NCBI RefSeq assembly: GCF_014280175.1
Contig: NZ_CP047931.1
Span: 1,500,001-1,532,000 of the forward strand
Length of the DNA: 32,000 nt
Direction of reading: 5' to 3'
Source of the DNA: Synechococcus sp. A15-28
GTDB taxonomy: Bacteria > Cyanobacteriota > Cyanobacteriia > PCC-6307 > Cyanobiaceae
The translations under genes were made by a program, and so were the position numbers. The notes under the pieces are model-generated. The model ran no database searches. It was not told the origin of the DNA and saw nothing but the letters and a program-made list of their open reading frames with translations. Of the stretch, positions 10,226-17,477 are shown in pieces (position 1 is the first letter of the stretch; each line of letters opens with the position of its first letter).

Positions 10226-11893
10226 TCAGTGAGCCTCCTGAAGCTGAGGGGCGAGGGTGGAACCGACCACCTCGGCCGGGACCGTCTGGTTGCGATCCCG
10301 AACGGTGAGGCAAGTGTGGAGCAGGCCCTGATTCACCAGTTCGCCGTAGCGCTCGGCGATGGCCTGATTCACCCGATGACAATCGGCGATCGCCCGCTCG
10401 CGGGCGCCGGGAACACTGCCCGTGTAATCGAAGCGGATCACCACCGGGATCGGCAGATCCTTGGACACGTTTAAACCTCTGAAGATCTTGACCCCCACAT
10501 CCAGATCCGGAGCACCCACTTCCACGGTGTCCAGATGTGAGAAGTAGGTGAGGTTGCGGAGGTGAACCTCCTTGAAGCCGATCCCAACACCGATGAAACG
10601 CTCGGCATGGCCGGCATCAGGGTATGGAGCCCCGTGCAGCTCCTGCACGTAGTCGATCTGAGAGACATTATTGGCGATCAACCGGGTGAGGAAGGTGACC
10701 ATGCCGGGATCCATCGCACCGGGGGCTGCGGATTCGACTGCTTCCGCGATCTGCGCCATGGCCTGATCCGCCGTCATTGACTCGGTGGCGGCATGGAGCT
10801 CCCGTGCGCAGAGCCACTGATCGAGCTCCATCTCACTGTCGCGAGATGGAGGATGCACACGAATCGCGTCGGTATCGGTGTCGAGGCCGATCAGCAGAAG
10901 ATCGACGGATGCGCCACAGCAGAAGCTGTTCTCCACCGCTTCACGGAAATCGAGCAGCCGCTGATGACCAGCTGAAGCAGCAAGTTCATCGTTGCTGCCG
11001 TGGGCCGCACAACCTTGATGCTGAGGATCAAGGGAACTGAAGTGGTAAGTCACCACCTTCAGATAGCGGGTCGGCTCCGTGGAGGGATTCGGCATCCCCT
11101 CCCGGTGGCGACGGTGCTCGGTCTTCACCCATCGGTTGACGGTGTTCTCCACATCGAACATGGCGCCGGCATGGGAACGACGCCGGACCGCACTGAAGGG
11201 AATGCGCAAGGCATAGGCCACCGTGTGGGCCAGGCGACCATCAGCGCAGGGAGTGATATCCAGAAGATGAATGCCACAGTCGAGCAAAAAATGCTCGAAC
11301 TCGCGGGCGGGTGCACTGCCGACTGCACCATTCAGCGGATCGTCCTGGAAAAAACGATCACTGAACAGCCGATGGCTTTCGAACACGCACCAGGCGAACA
11401 GCGCCCGCATGTCGAGGGGGCGCACCCAGGCCTTCTCAAGAATGTGCTGAGGAAGGTCGAAACCCAGTTCAGTCCGGGTGAGACGCTGCGCCTGGTCAAG
11501 AAAATCGGGCTCGTGCTGGAGCGCTGAAACCCGCTGCAGCAGAGGGACGATGCGATCAAACCGACCCTTCACCTCCTGCTCATAGTCGCGGAGGCGGGCA
11601 TTGGCAGCAGCATCAGTGAGGGGATGCTGCCGGTGGGTGAGAGGCAGGGAACTACGGCTGAGATTGAACGGAACCGAGGTGGTTGCACCCTTGTCACGAC
11701 GCACCCAACCCGGTTGGCGCTGATCGCCTGCTGACCGGACCCGACCACCTCCGATGGCCCCTTGAACCAGCTTGGCTGGCTCGCTGGGCTGAGCCGGAGA
11801 CTCAGCCGCAGAAGCCAAGCTCTGCAGCTGGCGTCGGGTCGGTGCCGTGGGGGCCTGAGGTCGCCCGCCGCGAAGAGGCATGGAGCGGACCAT
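10226..11893 (-). CDS. csoSCA: Carboxysomal carbonic anhydrase CsoSCA
   Basis: 555 aa between csoS2 and csoS4A. It has CADGR (CxDxR-like) and THYHFSSL-type TYHFSSLDPQHQGC, consistent with the His/Cys zinc ligands of CsoSCA. ATG start at 11893. Confidence 0.93.
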   Translation of the reverse strand: MVRSMPLRGGRPQAPTAPTRRQLQSLASAAESPAQPSEPAKLVQGAIGGGRVRSAGDQRQPGWVRRDKGATTSVPFNLSRSSLPLTHRQHPLTDAAANARLRDYEQEVKGRFDRIVPLLQRVSALQHEPDFLDQAQRLTRTELGFDLPQHILEKAWVRPLDMRALFAWCVFESHRLFSDRFFQDDPLNGAVGSAPAREFEHFLLDCGIHLLDITPCADGRLAHTVAYALRIPFSAVRRRSHAGAMFDVENTVNRWVKTEHRRHREGMPNPSTEPTRYLKVVTYHFSSLDPQHQGCAAHGSNDELAASAGHQRLLDFREAVENSFCCGASVDLLLIGLDTDTDAIRVHPPSRDSEMELDQWLCARELHAATESMTADQAMAQIAEAVESAAPGAMDPGMVTFLTRLIANNVSQIDYVQELHGAPYPDAGHAERFIGVGIGFKEVHLRNLTYFSHLDTVEVGAPDLDVGVKIFRGLNVSKDLPIPVVIRFDYTGSVPGARERAIADCHRVNQAIAERYGELVNQGLLHTCLTVRDRNQTVPAEVVGSTLAPQLQEAH

Positions 11894-11900
11894 CAGCGGA

Positions 11901-14243
11901 TCAGCCCCGTGCGCCGCCGGAGACGGTGATCAGGGAACCCTTCTCGGTGTTGCCGCTGGAACCGGTCACGCGGCTGACGGGCCACTCGTTCTCTTCATTG
12001 CGCTTGCGCTCATGAGGAGCCATGGCACTCATCGGACCGGGACGGGTGGGGTTGCGACGACGTGCGGAAGCCCCTTCAGTACCGGTGACGTGCTCGCCAC
12101 GATCCCAGTCATCACCGGTGATCTTGGTGGAGGAGCCCTCACCGGTCACACGGGAGGCAGGCTTTTCGGCCGGTTCGCTCACCACGGCCACGGTGGGCTG
12201 GAACTGACGGCGCTGAAACTCGCGGTTGTCGAAACGGAACTGCTCTGTGCCGGTAACTTTGCCACCGGCCATGTCAAAAGGGCCGGTGATGCGGTTGCCC
12301 TCCTCATAGGAGGTCCCCGTCACAGCACCCTGACCATCCCGCTGCTGCTGGGCGGCACGGGCGGGAGACATCACGCTGAACCGGGTCCAGGCAGCTCCTT
12401 CCGGAGATTGACCATTGGCATCGGTGCCAGCAGGTGCATCAGCACCGCAGGCTGTTGCCAGCTGGTCGGCACCAACGTAGGGCGTACCCGTGACGGCTTC
12501 ACAGGAACCCTTTTGATCACCCGTCATCACACCACCGACGCCGGGCTGAATGCCAGTCATCGCAGCGGAAGGGGTGCCGCGACGAACGGGGGTACGCTCA
12601 CGGATGGCCTGGACAGCAGGGGTGCCGCAGTGCTGACCCGCTTGCTCAAGACCGGCGTAGGGAGTACCGGTCACCGCCTGACAGCTGCCGGGCTCATCGC
12701 CAGTGACCCGTTCCGAGCGACCGGTGCGGGTGCCACTCACCACCTGGTTGCGGTTGGTGATGCTGAAGCCGACCTTGGCGGCTTCGGGCTCAGGCTTGCT
12801 GCCGCAGAAGGCATTGACCTGCTCGGCACTGATGTATTGATTACCGGTGACGCGATGGCAGGAACCGAACTCATCGCCGGTGACCTGGGAGGAGCGGCCC
12901 ACCATGGTGCCGGTGACACCGGTACCGGACAGGGTTCCGGACAGACCCACCTTGGCGGCGGGACGACCATCAGGCAGGGGATCGGAACCGAGGTACTGAT
13001 CGCCGGTGAGGCTGCGGTTGGCGCCGGCTTCGTCGCCGGTGACGCTGGACGAGCGGCCCACCATCACACCACTGACGGGACGTCCCTGTTCAGTGAGGCT
13101 GAGGCCCACCTTGCGGGGGGAGACATTGCCACCACCGCAATAGGCAGCGGACTGATTGGCCGAGATGTATTCGGTGCCCGTCACGCTCTTGCAGGTGCCC
13201 GGTTCATCGCCGGTGACCTTTTCTGAGCGACCAACCTCATTGCCGGTGACCCGGTTGCCGTGGCTGGTGGCCGTGACGCGAACCTTGGCGGGGGTGGTGG
13301 GCTCAGGAGCCTGCTGGCAGAAGGTCTGGAACACTTCGGCGCCCAGATATTCGGTGCCGGTGATCGAGCGGCAGATGCTGGCTTCATTGCCGGTGGTCTT
13401 CACCGAACGGTTGGCCTGAGTGCCCGTCACGGTCTGGCCGGAGGTGGTGGTGCTTTCACCAACTTTCCAATGGGCATCGGCAGCAGCGGCCTGCTTGGCA
13501 CCGTGGCGATTTGGGCCCGTGGGACGGGTCACACCGGCGCTCTGCTTGTTGCGGGCACCGGCTTTCGCCCGGAGCTCACGCACCTGCTGGGCCAGCTCAC
13601 GGCTGGTGAGATCAGGGTTGGCCTGACGGGCCACCGCAGCTGCACTGGTGGGGTGCTTGCCGGCGGTCTTGCCGTGCTTCGCCATGGCCTCGCGACGGGC
13701 CAGCACCAGCGCGCGGCTGGGGTTCTCAATGGCGCGGCGCTTGGGAGTCGCCGAACGACGCTCGGAACGGGGCCTCAAGGATGCGGTGGCAGCACTCAGC
13801 TGAACCTTCTCGGCAGCACGGCTGCCGCCACAACCACAGGATTTTTTCTCTTCAACGGGGGCTGCAGCGGGAGCAGCCGCCTGGGCCTGGCGGGCAACAT
13901 CGGAGCGGCTGCGGTCGCGGCTGGTATCGGCGGTCTTGCCGCGGCGGGACAGGGCCTCACGGCGGGCCAGCACAAGGTCCCGGCTGGGATGACGCTGGGG
14001 CTTGACCTGGGAACTGCGGGAGGGAGAAGCCGGGGTGAACGACACCGCAGGCTTCACGGGAGCAGCAGCAACTGGAGCAATGGGCTCAACAGCGGCAGCT
14101 GCATCGGTGCGGGTGGGACGTGCGTCGGCGGCAGTGCGCACACGGTTGGCACCATCTCCCTCAGCCACGGAGGACTTCTTACCGGAGGTGGTCAGCGCCT
14201 TGCGGCGCTCGAGTGCGAGTTCGCGACTGGAAAGTCTTGCCAT
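11901..14243 (-). CDS. csoS2: Carboxysome assembly scaffold protein CsoS2
   Basis: 780 aa. Basic N-terminal repeats (RELALERRKALTTSGKKS, RDLVLARREALSRRGKTA, RALVLARREAMAKHGKTA), middle VTG repeats, and the C-terminal peptide VTGSSGNTEKGSLITVSGGARG. Confidence 0.96.
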   Translation of the reverse strand: MARLSSRELALERRKALTTSGKKSSVAEGDGANRVRTAADARPTRTDAAAAVEPIAPVAAAPVKPAVSFTPASPSRSSQVKPQRHPSRDLVLARREALSRRGKTADTSRDRSRSDVARQAQAAAPAAAPVEEKKSCGCGGSRAAEKVQLSAATASLRPRSERRSATPKRRAIENPSRALVLARREAMAKHGKTAGKHPTSAAAVARQANPDLTSRELAQQVRELRAKAGARNKQSAGVTRPTGPNRHGAKQAAAADAHWKVGESTTTSGQTVTGTQANRSVKTTGNEASICRSITGTEYLGAEVFQTFCQQAPEPTTPAKVRVTATSHGNRVTGNEVGRSEKVTGDEPGTCKSVTGTEYISANQSAAYCGGGNVSPRKVGLSLTEQGRPVSGVMVGRSSSVTGDEAGANRSLTGDQYLGSDPLPDGRPAAKVGLSGTLSGTGVTGTMVGRSSQVTGDEFGSCHRVTGNQYISAEQVNAFCGSKPEPEAAKVGFSITNRNQVVSGTRTGRSERVTGDEPGSCQAVTGTPYAGLEQAGQHCGTPAVQAIRERTPVRRGTPSAAMTGIQPGVGGVMTGDQKGSCEAVTGTPYVGADQLATACGADAPAGTDANGQSPEGAAWTRFSVMSPARAAQQQRDGQGAVTGTSYEEGNRITGPFDMAGGKVTGTEQFRFDNREFQRRQFQPTVAVVSEPAEKPASRVTGEGSSTKITGDDWDRGEHVTGTEGASARRRNPTRPGPMSAMAPHERKRNEENEWPVSRVTGSSGNTEKGSLITVSGGARG
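12500..13480 (-). repeat. CsoS2 middle-region (M) repeats, about six units
   Basis: Recurrent G[ND]E/Q..x[CN]xx[VLI]TG[TND].Y units: GNEASICRSITGTEY, GDEPGTCKSVTGTEY, GDEAGANRSLTGDQY, GDEFGSCHRVTGNQY, GDEPGSCQAVTGTPY, GDQKGSCEAVTGTPY. Boundaries are approximate. Confidence 0.8.
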
Positions 14244-14292
14244 GTCCGCCCGAGGGTGTCGTCGTGAGGTGGAAGGGCACCTGCCCCTCCGG

Positions 14293-14324
14293 AAAAAGCT
14301 GGAGCCCTGATCAGGTCAGGGCTC
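14293..14324 (-). terminator. Candidate intrinsic terminator, attenuator or processing stem-loop between cbbS and csoS2
   Basis: Perfect 9-bp stem GAGCCCTGA (14302-14310) / TCAGGGCTC (14316-14324) with a 5-nt loop. On the minus strand it is followed after CAGC by TTTTT (14297-14293). Confidence 0.7.
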
Positions 14325-14344
14325 GGAACCAGAGATTCGGAGGA

Positions 14345-14686
14345 TCAGCGTCCTTCGAAAACCACGAAGCAGGAACCCTGGCTCTGGGTGTAAGCGTCGT
14401 AACCGACGATGCGCACGTGGTGGTCGGGGTAAGCGCGATGGCAGGCCTCGAGCTCACTCACAACAACGTTGAGGTCCTTCTCACCGAAGAAGGGGAGTTT
14501 CCAATAAGACCAATAAGTGGCCATGGAATTGCTGGGGTGGACGTGCTCAACGAGCGGGCTCCAACCCTGGGCAATGATGTACGCGATCTGGTCGTAGATC
14601 TCGTCCTGGGTCATCGGCGGAAGAAAGCCGAAGGTCTCCAGGGTGGCGACTGTTTGATAGTCACCCACGGTGCTCTGGAAAGGCAT
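14345..14686 (-). CDS. cbbS: RuBisCO small subunit, form IA
   Basis: 113 aa. TVGDYQTVATLETFGFLPPMTQDEIYDQIAYIIAQGWSPLVEHVHPSNSMATYWSYWKLPFFGE... Confidence 0.98.
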   Translation of the reverse strand: MPFQSTVGDYQTVATLETFGFLPPMTQDEIYDQIAYIIAQGWSPLVEHVHPSNSMATYWSYWKLPFFGEKDLNVVVSELEACHRAYPDHHVRIVGYDAYTQSQGSCFVVFEGR

Positions 14687-14704
14687 GGGGATCCTGGTAG
14701 TTAG

Positions 14705-14735
14705 AAAAATGTTGGGCCGGTTGAATCAACCGGCC
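14705..14735 (-). terminator. Candidate attenuator or mRNA-processing stem-loop between cbbL and cbbS
   Basis: Near-perfect inverted repeat GGCCGGTTGA (14715-14724) / TCAACCGGCC (14726-14735), realistic loop about 5 nt. On the minus strand it is followed after CAACA by TTTTT (14709-14705). Confidence 0.7.
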
Positions 14736-14745
14736 GTAAAAACGA

Positions 14746-16161
14746 TCAGTTCTGAACGTCGAGCTTGTCGACGGTGTCGAACTCGAACTTGATCTCCTTC
14801 CAGGTCTCGAGGGCGATGGCCAGCTCAGGGCTGTGCTTACCGGCTTCCATGAGGATGTCCCGGCTTTCCTTCTCGATCTCGCGACCGGCATTGCGTGCCT
14901 TGACGCAGGCCTCGAGGGCCACACGGTTGGCAGCAGCACCTGCAGCGGAACCCCAGGGGTGACCGTGGGTACCACCACCGAACTGCAGCACGGAGTCGTC
15001 ACCGAAGATGGCGACCAGCGCGGGCATGTGCCACACGTGGATACCGCCGGAAGCAACGGCGAACACGCCAGGCATGGAACCCCAGTCCTGATCGAAGAAG
15101 TTGCCGCGGCTGCGGTCTTCGGGCACGAAGGATTCGCGCAGCTGGTCGATGTAGCCGAGGGTGGTCTGACGATCACCTTCCAGCTTGCCGACCACGGTGC
15201 CGGTGTGGAGCTGGTCACCACCGGACAGACGCAGACACTTGGCGAGAACGCGGAAGTGGATGCCGTGCTTGGGGTGACGGTCGATCACCGCGTGCATGGC
15301 GCGGTGGATGTGCAGCAACATGCCGTTCTTACGGCACCACTTCGACAGACCGGTGTTGGCCGTGAAGCCACCGGTGATGAAGTCGTGCATGATGATTGGC
15401 ATGCCGAGTTCCTTGGCGAACTCAGCGCGCTCGTACATCTCCTCGGGAGTGTTGGCGGTCACGTTGAGGTAGTGACCCTTGCGCTCGCCGGTCTCCTGCT
15501 CGGACAGCTTGATGGCTTCCGCAACGAATTCGAAGCGGTTCTGCCAACGCTGGAAGGGCTGAGAGTTGATGTTCTCGTCGTCCTTGGTGAAGTCCAGACC
15601 GCCGCGCAGGCACTCATAGACCACACGGCCGTAGTTCTTACCGCTCAGGCCGAGCTTCGGCTTGATGGTGCAACCCAGCAGGGGACGGCCGTACTTGTTC
15701 ATCCGGTCGCGCTCGACCTGGATGCCGTTTGGCGGGCCGTAGCAGCTCTTAATGAAGGCCATCGGGAAGCGGATGTCTTCCAGACGGAGGTGGCGCAGGG
15801 CCTTGAAACCGAACACGTTGCCGACCAGGGAGGTCAGAACGTTGGTGATGGAACCTTCTTCGAATAGGTCGAGGGGGTAAGCGATGAAGGCGTAGAAGGA
15901 CTCCTTGTCACCAGGGACGTCCTCGATGCGGTAGCAACGGCCCTTGTAGAAGTCGAGGTCGGTGAGGAGCTCGGACCACACAGTGGACCAGGTGCCGGTG
16001 GAGGATTCAGCAGCCACAGCAGCGGCTACTTCTTCCTTGGGCACACCTTCCTGGCCGGTGCACTTGAAGCAGGCCAGCAGGTCGGTGTCGAGGGGAACGT
16101 AATCAGGAGTCCAGTAAGTGTCCCTGTACTCCTTGACCCCAGCGTCGTACTTCTTGCTCAT
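14746..16161 (-). CDS. cbbL: RuBisCO large subunit, form IA
   Basis: 471 aa. [42 protein letters not shown] and [12 protein letters not shown] active-site motifs. Confidence 0.99.
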   Translation of the reverse strand: MSKKYDAGVKEYRDTYWTPDYVPLDTDLLACFKCTGQEGVPKEEVAAAVAAESSTGTWSTVWSELLTDLDFYKGRCYRIEDVPGDKESFYAFIAYPLDLFEEGSITNVLTSLVGNVFGFKALRHLRLEDIRFPMAFIKSCYGPPNGIQVERDRMNKYGRPLLGCTIKPKLGLSGKNYGRVVYECLRGGLDFTKDDENINSQPFQRWQNRFEFVAEAIKLSEQETGERKGHYLNVTANTPEEMYERAEFAKELGMPIIMHDFITGGFTANTGLSKWCRKNGMLLHIHRAMHAVIDRHPKHGIHFRVLAKCLRLSGGDQLHTGTVVGKLEGDRQTTLGYIDQLRESFVPEDRSRGNFFDQDWGSMPGVFAVASGGIHVWHMPALVAIFGDDSVLQFGGGTHGHPWGSAAGAAANRVALEACVKARNAGREIEKESRDILMEAGKHSPELAIALETWKEIKFEFDTVDKLDVQN

Positions 16162-16234
16162 GGGAAAACTCCGTTAGGTCGGTGAAGGGGGGATGAGACG
16201 TTCGCGTGCCTCGTCAGAGGCTCAGCGGAAGATC

Positions 16235-16546
16235 TCAGTCCTTCTGACCGAGGAAGTTGCCGTTGCCCAGAGCAGGCTCCACTTCGCGGTGGGGGCGGGC
16301 AATGATGTGAGCAGCCACGAGGCCATCGCCCACGCGCTCGCAAGCATCAGCGCCAGCGCGCACAGCAGCGTTGACAGCGCCGGTTTCGCCGCGAACCAGA
16401 ACGGTGACGTAGCCGCCGCCGACGAACTCACGACCGATTAGGCGCACTTCGGCAGCCTTGGTCATGGCATCAGCTGCCTCGATGGCGGGGACCAGACCGC
16501 GGGTCTCAATCATGCCGAGGGCGATGCCCATGGTTTCGTTAGCCAT
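16235..16546 (-). CDS. csoS1: Major carboxysome shell hexamer CsoS1
   Basis: 103 aa. MANETMGIALGMIETRGLVPAIEAADAMTKAAEVRLIGREFVGGGYVTVLVRGETGAVNAAVRAGADACERVGDG... Confidence 0.97.
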   Translation of the reverse strand: MANETMGIALGMIETRGLVPAIEAADAMTKAAEVRLIGREFVGGGYVTVLVRGETGAVNAAVRAGADACERVGDGLVAAHIIARPHREVEPALGNGNFLGQKD

Positions 16547-16560
16547 TGCCTACCGGGAGA

Positions 16561-16810
16561 AGGGGTGGAATGTTCGCTCGGGACATTGGTCTGCCGGATC
16601 CCTTCCCGTCAAGCAATTGGAAGCACAGCCAAGATCACTGTCCATAGTGAACCTGATAAGCTCAATTTATCACCCTGTCCCTCACTGTTCCGGACTGCTG
16701 TGGTAGTTCCTGTGGTCACATCCGCACAGGACGTTGCCGCACGACACCCCGATGCATAAGTTCACGCCACCGAATGGTCCCGAAGCCTTTGGCCGAGGGG
16801 TGGAATGTTC
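16561..16810. repeat. Two copies of a 15-bp direct repeat in the csoS1/rdgB intergenic region
   Basis: AGGGGTGGAATGTTC at 16561-16575 and again at 16796-16810. The two copies are exact. Confidence 0.8.
16635..16672. promoter_or_regulatory. Candidate LysR-type operator region upstream of csoS1: two adjacent dyads
   Basis: TCACT-gtccat-AGTGA (16635-16650) and TGATAA-gctcaat-TTATCA (16654-16672). The second fits the generic LysR T-N11-A dyad. Confidence 0.35.
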
Positions 16811-16895
16811 AACCCATGCCATTCGGTTTTGACGTTGATCGAGAGATTCCTACCGCTAAACCCCAAAATGGTGGGCCTTTTGAGCTCCCCGTTCG

Positions 16896-17474
16896 TTGCG
16901 ACGTCTGATCATCGCCACTGGCAATCCCATCAAGGTTGCCGAAATCGAAGCCATGCTCGGACCGTTGCCCGTTGAGGTTCGGCGTCAACCCGACGATCTC
17001 GACGTTGACGAGACAGGGGCGACTTACCTGGAGAATGCCTCCCTCAAGGCATCTGCTGCGGCGACACGGACCAATCACTGGGCCCTTGCCGATGACTCCG
17101 GCCTTGAGGTCGATGCACTTCAGGGTGCCCCGGGGTTGTTTTCCGCTCGCTATGCCAGCGGCAACGACGCCAAAATCCAGCGTCTCCTCGACGCACTCCA
17201 GGGCTCTCCCTATCGCAGTGCCTGTTTCCGCAGCACGATGGTGATCAGCGCCCCTTCCGGCACCTGCGTGGCGTCAGCCGAAGGCGTTTGTTGGGGTGAA
17301 CTGCTCACACAACCCGCCTATGCGGGAGGGGGGTTCGAATCCCTGCTGTGGGTGCGTGAAGCCCGCTGCACCTATGGCGAACTCAATCCAGCGCAACTCA
17401 CCCGTCTCGGCAGCCGCGGCAAAGCTGCTCGCGCCCTGGCCCCTGATCTAAGACGTCTGCTGAACCTGAACTGA
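16896..17474 (+). CDS. rdgB: Non-canonical purine NTP pyrophosphatase (RdgB/HAM1 family)
   Basis: 192 aa. RLIIATGNPIKVAEIEAML..., ETGATYLENASLKA and ALADDSGLEVDALQGAPGLFSARYAS. Probable TTG start. Confidence 0.93.
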   Translation: MRRLIIATGNPIKVAEIEAMLGPLPVEVRRQPDDLDVDETGATYLENASLKASAAATRTNHWALADDSGLEVDALQGAPGLFSARYASGNDAKIQRLLDALQGSPYRSACFRSTMVISAPSGTCVASAEGVCWGELLTQPAYAGGGFESLLWVREARCTYGELNPAQLTRLGSRGKAARALAPDLRRLLNLN

Positions 17475-17477
17475 GGC

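Noticed and set aside
10224-10382. N-terminal extension of csoS4A to 10382 (159-aa version)
   Set aside because: The extra residues (MSSGESGHRRALRR...) run through csoSCA in another frame. The ATG at 10223 gives the canonical MLIVKVIKPLVSTNR start.
11880-14267. Long plus-strand ORFs of 448 aa (11880..13226) and 335 aa (13260..14267) opposite csoS2
   Set aside because: They mirror the repetitive, high-GC csoS2 coding sequence, give Gly/Ala/Thr-rich repetitive translations without recognisable domains, and the minus strand encodes unmistakable CsoS2.
14833-15867. 344-aa plus-strand ORF opposite cbbL
   Set aside because: Antisense to the strongly conserved RuBisCO large subunit. Its absence of stops reflects codon bias, and it has no recognisable motifs.
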